In this document: positions 1-9,386 of the stretch, in pieces
Position numbering within the stretch: position 1 is the first letter of the stretch
How the letters are laid out: every line of letters starts with the position of its first letter
Assembly: GCA_963796285.1 (NCBI GenBank)
Contig: CAWCKW010000012.1
Coordinates: forward strand, 576,001 to 640,000
Direction: 5' to 3'
From: Nitrospirota bacterium
GTDB lineage: Bacteria > Nitrospirota > UBA9217
DNA: 64,000 nt
Translations under genes and position numbers: made by a program
Notes under the pieces: generated by a model
Told to the model about the DNA's origin: nothing
Databases searched by the model: none
What the model saw: only the letters and a program-made list of their open reading frames with translations

Positions 1-768
1 CAAAGCGACCTGATCATCATTGCGGGCAGGCCGTCCATGGGCAAGACGGCGTTCTGTCTGAACATCGCGGCGCACGCCGCCATTGAAAAAGGAAAGTCGG
101 TGGCGATCTTCAGCCTCGAAATGTCCAAGGAGCAGCTGGTGCTTCGTATGCTGGGTTCCGAGTCGCGGGTGGACGCGCACAAACTGCGTACCGGCCACTT
201 GTCGGATCGTGACTGGACGCCGCTCTCCACCGCTGCAGGCAGACTCGCGGAAGCGCCGATCTTTATCGATGATACCGCCGCGATCTCGGTGCTCGAGACG
301 CGGGCCAAGGCCCGCAGGCTGAAGGCGGACCAGGGCCTTGACCTTATCATTGTCGACTATCTGCAGCTCATGCGCGGCCGGGGTGATGAAGGCAGCCGCG
401 AGCAGGAAATCTCGAACATCTCGCGTTCGCTCAAGGCGCTTGCCAAAGAGCTCCAGGTCCCGGTCATAGCGCTCTCGCAGCTGAACCGGGCGGTGGAGAC
501 GCGGCCCGGCAAGGAAAAAAGACCGATGCTTGCCGACCTTCGCGAATCCGGCGCCATTGAACAGGACGCGGATGTGATATTATTCATTTATCGTGATGAG
601 GTCTATAACAAGTGTGAATGCCCGTACGACGGCGAATGCCTGTGCGGCCAGAGGGGAAAGGCCGAGGTGATCATCGGGAAACAGAGAAACGGTCCGATCG
701 GCAAAGTAGACCTGACGTTCGTCAACCGGTACACGAGGTTCGAAAACGCGGAGAAAAGGGCTTTTTAA
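1..768 (+). CDS. dnaB: Replicative DNA helicase, C-terminal part (begins upstream of window)
   Basis: Frame open from base 1: [11 protein letters not shown] Walker [40 protein letters not shown]. Confidence 0.97.
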   Translation, partial: QSDLIIIAGRPSMGKTAFCLNIAAHAAIEKGKSVAIFSLEMSKEQLVLRMLGSESRVDAHKLRTGHLSDRDWTPLSTAAGRLAEAPIFIDDTAAISVLETRAKARRLKADQGLDLIIVDYLQLMRGRGDEGSREQEISNISRSLKALAKELQVPVIALSQLNRAVETRPGKEKRPMLADLRESGAIEQDADVILFIYRDEVYNKCECPYDGECLCGQRGKAEVIIGKQRNGPIGKVDLTFVNRYTRFENAEKRAF

Positions 769-828
769 TACCCTGCGGTGTTGCGAATACAAACAACGCT
801 ATTGGATCAAATCTAAAAACCCCAGATA

Positions 829-905
829 GACCACGGAGGAAGCCAAGGTGATAAAACCGCTGGTCCCAAAATTCTGTTCTCCGTGTTACCATTGTCTCCG
901 TGGTG
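829..905. repeat. Degenerate hairpin element with CCACGGAG / CTCCGTG(G) arms
   Basis: ccacggag at ~831, ctccgtgtt ~879 and ctccgtggtgg ~896; same style as other intergenic repeat hairpins in the window. Confidence 0.45.
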
Positions 906-977
906 GATTTTTATCTTTTCCAGCGACCGCCACTCATTCTTCTATAAAATCCATAATCTCCAGCAGGGAGGTTTCCT

Positions 978-1761
978 GTGGCTTCAGATAAAGCAACGAT
1001 CAGCGAAAACATACAAAAGTTCCTCGGAAAATCCGACTGGAAATCAGCTATCGCGGAGATGGAAAGTCTTTTCGCTGTTGACCCCGATCCTATGGTCCGC
1101 GTGAGGATCGGCAACGCCCGCCAAAAACTCGGCCACAAATCTGAGGCTGCCAAAGAGTACATCCATGCTGCGGACCTGTACGCGGACGGCGGGTTTGTGG
1201 TTAAGGCCCTTGCCCAATACAAACTGGCGCTCAGGCTTGATCCAACGAGCAGGGACGCCCTGAACAAAATAGAAATGCTTCATTCCAACAAATCGATCAC
1301 CGATTTAAAGCTCGAGCCGATCGAGGACAGGGCACGGGAGTCGACCAGGAGCGTTATCCCGCTCTTCTCCGATTTTACCCAGGAAGAGTTCAACGAGTTC
1401 ACCAAGCGCATGATCATTCATACCCTGACTCCCGGAAAGGCCATCATCAAAGAAGGGGACAGAGGAAGATCGGTCTTTATCCTTACCCGCGGTTCTGTAA
1501 AGGTCTATTCCACAATCAGGGGTAAAAAGGTGGAACTTGCCGCTCTCCAGGCGAGTGATTTCTTCGGCGAGATCGCTTTCCTCACGGGCAAGCCAAGGAC
1601 CGCGACCGTTGAGACGATAGAGGAATCGGATGTGCTGGAGGTGTCTGAAGAAGATCTCAATGCAAATGATCAGCAAGAGCCCCCGTATCAGAGAGGTCCT
1701 GCATAATTATCATGAACAGCGCGCCAATAGCACCCTCGAAATAGTGAAAAGTTCTCTTTAA
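978..1761 (+). CDS. TPR-like N-terminus plus cyclic-nucleotide-binding domain protein (one indel near 1660)
   Basis: FFGEIAFLTGKPRTATV cNMP-binding motif; removing one A at ~1660 continues MQMISKSPRIREVLHNYHEQR to TAA at 1759-1761. Confidence 0.8.
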
Positions 1762-2000
1762 CAGCGTGATGCCGGTATGCCTGGTACCATACGCTGCATT
1801 TGAACAATAGTCCTCGCGGATAGTGGAAAGCCTATTAGACCTCGAACGTGATTCGTGTTAATCACAAGTCAGCATGGTTGCGCAGTGTCAATAGTTTTGA
1901 ATTTGCTCCGTGTGTTCGTGGTTGCCGGTTTTATTGAATCGAGCATGTAATATGTAATATACGGCAGCAGTCATGGACACTGCAGCAGACAGAGGTGCCT

Positions 2001-2861
2001 ATGCTTCGTCATCCGGCTGTAGCAGGACAGTTCTACAAAGGATCTACCGAATCGCTCAGGAAGCAGGTTGGGGAATTCATCGTACCCGGTGCTGTAAAAA
2101 CAAAAGCCCTCGGCATCGTATCTCCCCATGCGGGTCTGATCTATTCCGGATCAGTGGCCGGGGCAGTGTACTCCCGGATCGAACTGCCGGACACCTTTGT
2201 GCTCATCGGGCCGAACCACACCGGCCTTGGCGCACCGGTTTCGCTCATGTCCAGGGGCCAATGGGAGACACCACTCGGCCTCGTTGAGATCGACGAAGCC
2301 CTGGCCGCTTCGATCCTTTCAAAGTCCCCGCGCATCCAGGAAGATTCACTTGCCCACCTCCGCGAACACTCCCTTGAGGTACAGCTCCCCTTTATCCAGT
2401 ATTTTAAGAAGAAGTTCAGGATCGTCCCGATCCAGATGCTCGATACGAGGCTCGAGACGTGCAAAGAGGTTGGAAGGGCGGTGGCGGAGGCGATAAAGGA
2501 ACACGGAGAGCACAGGGCAGAGGGCAGAGGGAAAATACACACCAACTCCGAACTCCGAACTTCAAGGGACGTGCTCATCATTGCGAGTTCCGATATGAGC
2601 CACTATGAGCAGGCTGCAGCGGCAAAAGAAAAGGATTTTAAAGCGATTCACCAGTTGCTGAATCTCGATCCAGAGGGGCTGTATCGCGTGGTCAGGGAGT
2701 ACGGCATCACCATGTGCGGGTTCGGCCCGGCAGTGGCCATGCTCGTTGCCTGCAAACTCCTGGGGGCGACCAGTGCGGAACTCATCAAGTATGCGAACTC
2801 TGGAGAGGTGAGTGGGGACTACGATCAGGTGGTCGGGTATGCGGGGCTAGTTGTTGTGTAA
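2001..2861 (+). CDS. amrB: AmmeMemoRadiSam system protein B (MEMO1 family)
   Basis: RHPAVAGQFY, PHAGLIYSG, GPNHTG, EHSLEVQLPF, SSDMSHY, TMCG, VVGYAG. Confidence 0.93.
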   Translation: MLRHPAVAGQFYKGSTESLRKQVGEFIVPGAVKTKALGIVSPHAGLIYSGSVAGAVYSRIELPDTFVLIGPNHTGLGAPVSLMSRGQWETPLGLVEIDEALAASILSKSPRIQEDSLAHLREHSLEVQLPFIQYFKKKFRIVPIQMLDTRLETCKEVGRAVAEAIKEHGEHRAEGRGKIHTNSELRTSRDVLIIASSDMSHYEQAAAAKEKDFKAIHQLLNLDPEGLYRVVREYGITMCGFGPAVAMLVACKLLGATSAELIKYANSGEVSGDYDQVVGYAGLVVV

Positions 2862-2913
2862 TTAATTACCTATCTTGGAATTTCAGAATCTAGTACCCTA
2901 AGATATTGTCCAT

Positions 2914-2928
2914 TAACTAATTGAAAAT
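2914..2928. promoter_or_regulatory. Putative IHF site
   Basis: Reverse complement reads TTTCAATTAGTTA, close to WATCAANNNNTTR, just upstream of the sigma54 promoter. Confidence 0.45.
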
Positions 2929-2942
2929 ACAATATATTAATG

Positions 2943-2958
2943 TGGTACAAGTATTGCA
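2943..2958 (+). promoter_or_regulatory. Sigma54 (-24/-12) promoter of the minor pilin operon
   Basis: TGGTAC-AAGTA-TTGCA with GG-N10-GC spacing, ~260 nt upstream of pilV. Confidence 0.75.
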
Positions 2959-3217
2959 TACTTGATAAATTGAATCAAGCGAACGGACTTAAAAGGAAAT
3001 GCAACGATAAAGACGAATTGCACCATGTTATGCCTGGTATGTTCATCAGTAATCGAAAATCCTTATCCTGAGGCCATTATATTGGAACGCTATCCAGTGA
3101 ACCCATCATCAGGAATGGGAGGTCGGAGATCTGATGACGGCAGAAGCGGCGCACTCGAGGCAATATCATGATAAACAGGATCAGCAGATCGTGCACGCCA
3201 ATTAGGAGAATCGAACG

Positions 3218-3676
3218 ATGAGGCGCACTATTAAAAAACAGAAAGGTTTTACTCTTCTCGAACTGCTTATTGCCATGATGCTGTTGGCCATTGGCCTCTT
3301 GGCCACGGCCAGTATGCAGGGAACTGCTATACATGCAAATTCTTTGTCAAACAGGCTTTCCGTGGCAACCACCCTGGCCCAGCAGGTAGCGGAAGAGATC
3401 ACATCTCTCAGCAAGACCGATGTCCTGTTAAGAACAGCCTCGGGGCCGGATGTTCTCTATCCGACGCTGGACCCGGTTACCCCGTCAAGCGACCTTTTTG
3501 TGCCGGGTGCCGGCACATTCAGAGCGCGATACCAGATAATACCGAACGCTACAACTTTCAGTGGCGTATCCATTAAGGATACAACGCAGATACATGTAGA
3601 CGTTTATTTTGTTTCTCCGGATGGTGTAAATGTTCCAAAGATCGTGGCATTCACTACGTATAAAGAGGTCCAATAA
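3218..3676 (+). CDS. pilV: Type IV minor pilin PilV-like
   Basis: KG|FTLLE prepilin cleavage motif; first gene of V-W-X-Y1 order. Confidence 0.85.
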   Translation: MRRTIKKQKGFTLLELLIAMMLLAIGLLATASMQGTAIHANSLSNRLSVATTLAQQVAEEITSLSKTDVLLRTASGPDVLYPTLDPVTPSSDLFVPGAGTFRARYQIIPNATTFSGVSIKDTTQIHVDVYFVSPDGVNVPKIVAFTTYKEVQ

Positions 3677-4636
3677 ATGAAAAGGACGATTCTCATAAAA
3701 ATACAGCAAGGATTTACATTGATAGAATTGCTAATCGTTATGTTTATGCTCGGTTTGGTGACAATGGCCCTCTATTCTTTGTACACAACGCACCAGCGTT
3801 CCGCCTATGTTCAGGACGAAGTGGTGGAAGTCCAGCAAAACCTGAGGATCGCCATGGACAAAATAACCAATGACGTAAGGATGGCCGGATTATTTATTCC
3901 CTCGCCTGCCACAGCCACATTCAATGCTTTTCCGGTCCAAGCCACGGGTGATGGTGCCGGCGTAGCCAATTCCGATACGTTAACATTAAATTCTGAATCA
4001 TCATTTCATATTTTTGCTGCAATAACGCAGTCGGCGACACCAGTATTTAACGTTGCCTATACCGATTCCGTTGATGCTTTTAACACCGGAGATACAGTCA
4101 GGATCATAAGAGCAAATAGCAAAACGCAGCCTGGAGGGAATTGTACCTACTTGGTTGCGGGCACGCAAAGGATTCCCCCTCAAATCACACTGGGTCCTGA
4201 TACGACCAGCTGCAACAGTACACCCGCGGGGACCTTTCTGGCGAACGATGTTATCGTCAGGGTTGAGAGTAATGGGGTTTACCCGGTGACGATCACTTAT
4301 TGCCTGGGATCACAGACCGGTGTGGCTGGATGCGGCGGCGCAATAGCGACCTGCCCCTCAGGAGATTTATGCCTGATGAGGATTTTGAACATCGGGACGG
4401 CAAACGAGGTAAGCCAGTTGATCGCTCAAAATATGTCAGGGCTCCAGATCAGTTATCTTATGAACCTTCCTTTTAGCGTTGCGGAAGCCAGCTCACTGGT
4501 TAACCCAGTGGACGTGCTCAAAATGCGCGCGGTGAGGGTTACGCTCGTCGGAAGAACCGTGAAGACCACGGGCCTTTCGGACAACACGACAAAACAGAGG
4601 CAGTTGGAATCAGTCATCGGTTTCAAAGAGTTGTAG
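3677..4636 (+). CDS. pilW: Type IV minor pilin PilW-like
   Basis: QG|FTLIE; QQNLRIAMDKITNDVRMAG; C-terminal VRVTL. Confidence 0.85.
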   Translation: MKRTILIKIQQGFTLIELLIVMFMLGLVTMALYSLYTTHQRSAYVQDEVVEVQQNLRIAMDKITNDVRMAGLFIPSPATATFNAFPVQATGDGAGVANSDTLTLNSESSFHIFAAITQSATPVFNVAYTDSVDAFNTGDTVRIIRANSKTQPGGNCTYLVAGTQRIPPQITLGPDTTSCNSTPAGTFLANDVIVRVESNGVYPVTITYCLGSQTGVAGCGGAIATCPSGDLCLMRILNIGTANEVSQLIAQNMSGLQISYLMNLPFSVAEASSLVNPVDVLKMRAVRVTLVGRTVKTTGLSDNTTKQRQLESVIGFKEL

Positions 4637-4644
4637 GAGGCCAT

Positions 4645-5139
4645 ATGACACGAGCAGAACAGCCGAAGATGAGCAAAAAGGGAATTTATACACTAGCAGG
4701 GCATGCTGGAAACGAACGCGGCATGGCCTTGGTCATTGCCCTGGTAATGCTGGTTCTCCTTACCATGCTTGGCGTATGGGCGCTGGACACTTCCAGCACT
4801 GACCTCCGCATATCGGGAAATAGCAAGACCACCCAGGTCGCATACTACGCCGCAGAAGCCGGTGTCGGCTATGCTTCGAACAGGGCAGTACTTGAGAATT
4901 CGTATGTCGCGACCGGGGCCAGCGTAACGATTCCTGATCAATCGCTCGATAACAGCACCATTAAGATGAATTCGCGTTTTTTGATCAAAGCGCCTCTTCC
5001 GGCGGGTACTATGTATGAATCCAATTTGCAGGATATTGGACAAGAGAAGTTACCCGTCTATTTTACCTTGAATTCACAAGGTACGGCAGTGAATAATTCC
5101 ATAGTGAACATTGAAGCTTGCGTTGTGCTTATCCCCTGA
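4645..5139 (+). CDS. pilX: Type IV minor pilin PilX-like
   Basis: NERG|MALVIAL lacking Glu5; AYYAAEAG motif; AGGAGG RBS. Confidence 0.85.
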   Translation: MTRAEQPKMSKKGIYTLAGHAGNERGMALVIALVMLVLLTMLGVWALDTSSTDLRISGNSKTTQVAYYAAEAGVGYASNRAVLENSYVATGASVTIPDQSLDNSTIKMNSRFLIKAPLPAGTMYESNLQDIGQEKLPVYFTLNSQGTAVNNSIVNIEACVVLIP

Positions 5140-5202
5140 TTAACAAAGGCGCGGGGGTCTGTGCGGGAATAGTCAGTTGGTCTTTTTATGAAGGAGGATA
5201 TT

Positions 5203-5580
5203 ATGAAAAAAATATTGTTTACTTTTTCGACGGCTTTAGCGATATGCTTATTCATGGTTGTCGGGACCGGCATTGCACGGCAGGGAGGACCACGGGCGGG
5301 TTCTGCGTACGATCCCGCGGTTAAATATTCCGGTGATTACGATCCCGACCTGCTGTTTTTCAGAAACAGCTCTAAAGACGCGAACTGGCGTCGCATTCCA
5401 CCGCTCGATCTTCTTATAAAAGTGACCTGCTCTGACGCGCTGGAGTCGTTGAAGCGGGAGGGCATGTGGAAAGGGCATTTGAAAATCGACGGTTCTTGCG
5501 GTTCGACTGCCGAGCCTGCCGAATGGGCATTGGGCAACAGGCTGAACTATGATGAAGAACAGGGACAGGGTGCGCGTTAA
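5203..5580 (+). CDS. Small secreted protein resembling the Cys-containing insert of the PilY1 N-terminal domain
   Basis: AAGGAGG RBS, signal peptide MKKILF..; motifs YDPAVKY, C..L...G...G.L...GSC and LGNRLNY match PilY1 residues encoded at ~5805-6068. Confidence 0.75.
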   Translation: MKKILFTFSTALAICLFMVVGTGIARQGGPRAGSAYDPAVKYSGDYDPDLLFFRNSSKDANWRRIPPLDLLIKVTCSDALESLKREGMWKGHLKIDGSCGSTAEPAEWALGNRLNYDEEQGQGAR

Positions 5581-5609
5581 AGAATGGTGGTACATTAAAA
5601 GGAGGCTGT

Positions 5610-8600
5610 ATGCGAAAGTCACTCTTTATCATATTCATCGCAATATTGGCGGCAGTTGCCGGTCCTGGTGTCGCAACGGCCGGTCCGGATCGCTTCGCGG
5701 GTGATACGGTCATATATGGGGGGTCTGCTTCGGTCCTCGAGCCAAATGTCCTTATCATTATAGACGATTCCGGAAGCATGGGTGATTCAGTCCCCGGAGG
5801 CAGCTACGATTCCAGCGTGACATATACCGTAACCAACAATTGCTCGGGAAATTGCAGTACGAACGCGGTGTATAAAACGACTGACGGCGGAGCGACCGGC
5901 ACATTACTTAATGCGAGTGTTAATAATATAACCACATCGTGTCCTAGTGGTACTAACCCACGTTCAATCTTACAGACTTATGGAATTTACAGCGGCCGGA
6001 AATTGAGTTCCAGCGGTGCGTGTTCATCAGGAAACGCGGTCTATGTTTTGGGCAATTATATCAACTGGTATCACAGCACGACCGGATTTAAGTCGAAAAT
6101 ATCAATCGCGCGGGATGTGGTCAAGAACCTCGTGAATACCACGAACGGTGTAAAATTCGGGCTCATGACGTATCACTATGTCGGCGGCACCGGGCAGGGC
6201 GCGCAATTCCTGAATGTCTCGGTATCGGGCAGTAACTATATAACTACCGTGAAGGACATGGATTCTATGCATACCGGCTCGGTTACCAACAGGCAGGCCC
6301 TGATATCGTCAGTTGACACGCTTACTGATTTGAACGATACTCCGCTGGGGGAATCGCTTGTCGAGGCATTACGCTACTACCAGGGCAGTACAAGCGCTTT
6401 CGGAAATACCATCGGCCTGAGCGGAAGCCCGGCAACATACACCTCCCCGATCGATTTCGGTTGCCAGAAAAACTATATTGTTTTCGTGACCGATGGCATG
6501 TCGACGGCGGATAATAGCGCGAATCTGGATTTTGTAAACACATTATACGGCAGATATGACGGCGGCAACTGCAGTTATACTACGTGCGCCAACGATAGGA
6601 GCCACTCACTTGCCGGCGTCGCGCGCTATCTCTATGAAACCGATTTGAGGACCGATATTACCGGCACTCAGAACGTCGTCACCTACATGATCGGGTTCGG
6701 ACTCGGGGCGGACCAGGAAGCGATCGATCTCCTGACACTGACCGCGGACAGTAAGCATGGCCGCGGCGGTGATTTCGAAGCCGGGAACGAAGCGGAGTTA
6801 AGCCAGTCGCTCACGAAGATCATAGCGAGTATTTTTATCACAGACTCGTCGTTTGTCGCGCCGGTTGTGCCGGTGAGCCCCGAAAACAGGACGTTCAGCG
6901 GAAGCAGATTATATATGGGGTTCTTTAGACCGGAGGCAGGGGCGGTTTGGAGCGGCAACCTGAAGAAATACGGCCTCCAGGACCAACTTGCCTCGGGGAA
7001 TTTATGCGGCAATAATCAGGATGAGGTCCTTGACGTGACAGGACATTGTGCCACCTATGATGACGGCGCAGGCGACGTCAATATCAGTCAGGCCAGGCCT
7101 GATGCCCGGGACGGTGTAACGATTCCGGCAAATGTGGCGAGCGGAACTTTCCGGCCCGGTTCACAATCCTACTGGAGTACGGTCCCGGACGCTGGCGAAG
7201 TCAAGGAAGGCGGCGCGGGAACGCTGTTGTTGAACAGGACCATGGCCATCAGCTGTGCAACCTGCGACATATCGGGCGCTGTTTCGGACACGGGAAAACG
7301 CAAGATCTACACTTATCTGGGAATCAATACAGACCTGACTAACGCGAGTAATGCTTTCAGCACCTTGAATGTGGGACTTACTCCCGGGTTATTTGGCCTG
7401 CCCGGGCCGATCATACCAACGGGAACAACCACGGATGTAAAATTGCTCATCAATTTCATTCATGGATTTGACACATACGGCATTAACTCGGCAGGCACCA
7501 CTACGACTGATAGAGACTGGATCTTGGGCGATGTCCTGCATTCCAAACCCCTGTTCGTCAGCTACGCAACCTTCACTTTTACCACCACAAATGAAGCGGA
7601 CTGTACAAAGAACAAGAGCATCATCTTCTTCGGTTCCAACGACGGCATGCTGCATGCCTTCAAGGACTGCGACGGCAACGAGGCTTGGGCGTTTATTCCC
7701 CCGGAGGTGCTTCCTACGCTCCAGTATTTGCAAGGTCCGACCCACGCGTACTTCGCGGACAGCTCTGTTAAAGCCTATATATTTGATAGGAATAATGACG
7801 GCACGATCGATCCGTCCGATGGTGACACCGTGATTCTTATCTTTGGTCTCCGAAGGGGCAGTGGCAAAGACAGTCAGCCTACGCAAGGCCTCTATTACGC
7901 CCTTGATGTGTCAAACCCCACTCAGCCGAAGTTCATCTGGAGCATCGGAAACAATAAAACTCTGATCGGAACAACGAATACGATAACTGCGTTGTTCGGG
8001 GACATGGGCGAGAGCTGGAGCGAACCGAAGATAGGGAAAATAAAGCTGGGGACCACTGATAAGATCGTCGCCTTATTCGGCGGTGGATATGACAATTGCA
8101 ATGAAGACTCACGTTACGGTTCGACACAGACTTTCAGCTTAGGCGTCTGTGGCGCCGTGGCATCGAGCGACGGCGGACTGGACGTGAACGGTCAACCGAT
8201 CACGAGTGCCGGAGCAACACTGGTCACGAGTCTTAATAGCGCCCAATATAAGGGGAGGGCCTTCTACGTTGTTGAGATCGCTTCAAAAGTGAGTACGACG
8301 ACAGCATTCGATTACAGCAATAAAGGCAGCCTGATATGGAGCTATAATCAGGCCGGTAGTCCGCCGCTGGAGTTTTCAATGCTGAGTGAGCCGGCCGTAA
8401 TCGACAAGAACTACGACGGATATGCGGACACTGTTTATATGGGTGATACGGGCGGGAATATATGGAGGTTCGACATCTCGTCAACCAACAAGACCGATTG
8501 GAATGTGAAAAAGATATTCTCATCAAATCCGGGATTTACGGGATATCCACCCCCCGGCGTTGCCGACGGCACGAATGGGAGAAAAATACTTTACAATCCC

Positions 8601-9329
8601 TCCGTTGTAATCGATAAGAATTTCGTCCGGATATACTTCGGCACTGGAGACCGGGAACATCCTTTAAACAGGGCTGTTGTGGACAGGTTCTACGAAGTGA
8701 TTGACAAGGGGAATATTACGAGCGCCTTGACTGAGGTCAAATTGGTTGATGTTTCAACAGACTTGATACAACTGGGTACTGCTGCCCAGGTCGCTGATTT
8801 TGAAGGCAAGATTAGACAGGTGGAGGACAAGGATAATACAACCTATTATGGCTGGTATATTCGCATGGAAGGTTTTGAGCATTTAGGTTCGGATCAGGTT
8901 TTTTCCGCCGGAACACTGACCGTGACGCCCTTTCAAGGGGAAAAAGTTATCAGTAATCCCCGGGTCTTTAACGGCATAGTTTATTTCACGACCTTTATGC
9001 CGAATACCAATGTGGCTGTCGATCCCTGCAACCAGGGGAATACCGGTCAAAGTTTTCTTTGGGCGGTGAATCCTCAAAATGGGGGTTCTACCCTAAATTT
9101 AAATACTACCAATGATTCCACCGCTAATTTCAATGCACTGAAATGGAATGCATATGCATCAATGGGAAAATCTGGAAATGCGGTTTATCTAAGGACTGAC
9201 CGGGCTGGACATCTTGGCACTGGAATGGCGTCACCTCCGGGAGAGATCATGGGATGCAGTGGAAGCTTGTGTCCCTCAAGACCTGATCTGAGTGGACATA
9301 TATTGCAGATATACTGGCGACAGAAATGA
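5610..9329 (+). CDS. pilY1: PilY1/PilC type IV pilus tip adhesin with vWA domain and beta-propeller
   Basis: Signal peptide; MIDAS DDSGS..TPL..TDG; LGDVLHSKP, GSNDGMLHAF, EAWAFIP, GESWSEP, Ca-binding DKNYDGYAD, YFGTG. Confidence 0.93.
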   Translation: MRKSLFIIFIAILAAVAGPGVATAGPDRFAGDTVIYGGSASVLEPNVLIIIDDSGSMGDSVPGGSYDSSVTYTVTNNCSGNCSTNAVYKTTDGGATGTLLNASVNNITTSCPSGTNPRSILQTYGIYSGRKLSSSGACSSGNAVYVLGNYINWYHSTTGFKSKISIARDVVKNLVNTTNGVKFGLMTYHYVGGTGQGAQFLNVSVSGSNYITTVKDMDSMHTGSVTNRQALISSVDTLTDLNDTPLGESLVEALRYYQGSTSAFGNTIGLSGSPATYTSPIDFGCQKNYIVFVTDGMSTADNSANLDFVNTLYGRYDGGNCSYTTCANDRSHSLAGVARYLYETDLRTDITGTQNVVTYMIGFGLGADQEAIDLLTLTADSKHGRGGDFEAGNEAELSQSLTKIIASIFITDSSFVAPVVPVSPENRTFSGSRLYMGFFRPEAGAVWSGNLKKYGLQDQLASGNLCGNNQDEVLDVTGHCATYDDGAGDVNISQARPDARDGVTIPANVASGTFRPGSQSYWSTVPDAGEVKEGGAGTLLLNRTMAISCATCDISGAVSDTGKRKIYTYLGINTDLTNASNAFSTLNVGLTPGLFGLPGPIIPTGTTTDVKLLINFIHGFDTYGINSAGTTTTDRDWILGDVLHSKPLFVSYATFTFTTTNEADCTKNKSIIFFGSNDGMLHAFKDCDGNEAWAFIPPEVLPTLQYLQGPTHAYFADSSVKAYIFDRNNDGTIDPSDGDTVILIFGLRRGSGKDSQPTQGLYYALDVSNPTQPKFIWSIGNNKTLIGTTNTITALFGDMGESWSEPKIGKIKLGTTDKIVALFGGGYDNCNEDSRYGSTQTFSLGVCGAVASSDGGLDVNGQPITSAGATLVTSLNSAQYKGRAFYVVEIASKVSTTTAFDYSNKGSLIWSYNQAGSPPLEFSMLSEPAVIDKNYDGYADTVYMGDTGGNIWRFDISSTNKTDWNVKKIFSSNPGFTGYPPPGVADGTNGRKILYNPSVVIDKNFVRIYFGTGDREHPLNRAVVDRFYEVIDKGNITSALTEVKLVDVSTDLIQLGTAAQVADFEGKIRQVEDKDNTTYYGWYIRMEGFEHLGSDQVFSAGTLTVTPFQGEKVISNPRVFNGIVYFTTFMPNTNVAVDPCNQGNTGQSFLWAVNPQNGGSTLNLNTTNDSTANFNALKWNAYASMGKSGNAVYLRTDRAGHLGTGMASPPGEIMGCSGSLCPSRPDLSGHILQIYWRQK

Positions 9330-9386
9330 AGAGGCACTAAAAAGCGTCGCAAGGGGAACTAGGTAATACGAGGGGCCAGATAAACA

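Noticed and set aside
1800-1890. Resemblance to a c-di-GMP-I/cGAMP (GEMM) riboswitch (ACAATA..GGAAAGCCTAT..CAGC..GGTTGC)
   Set aside because: The P2 stem with GNRA loop and the AAAC element are missing and pairing is poor; would need an Infernal hit
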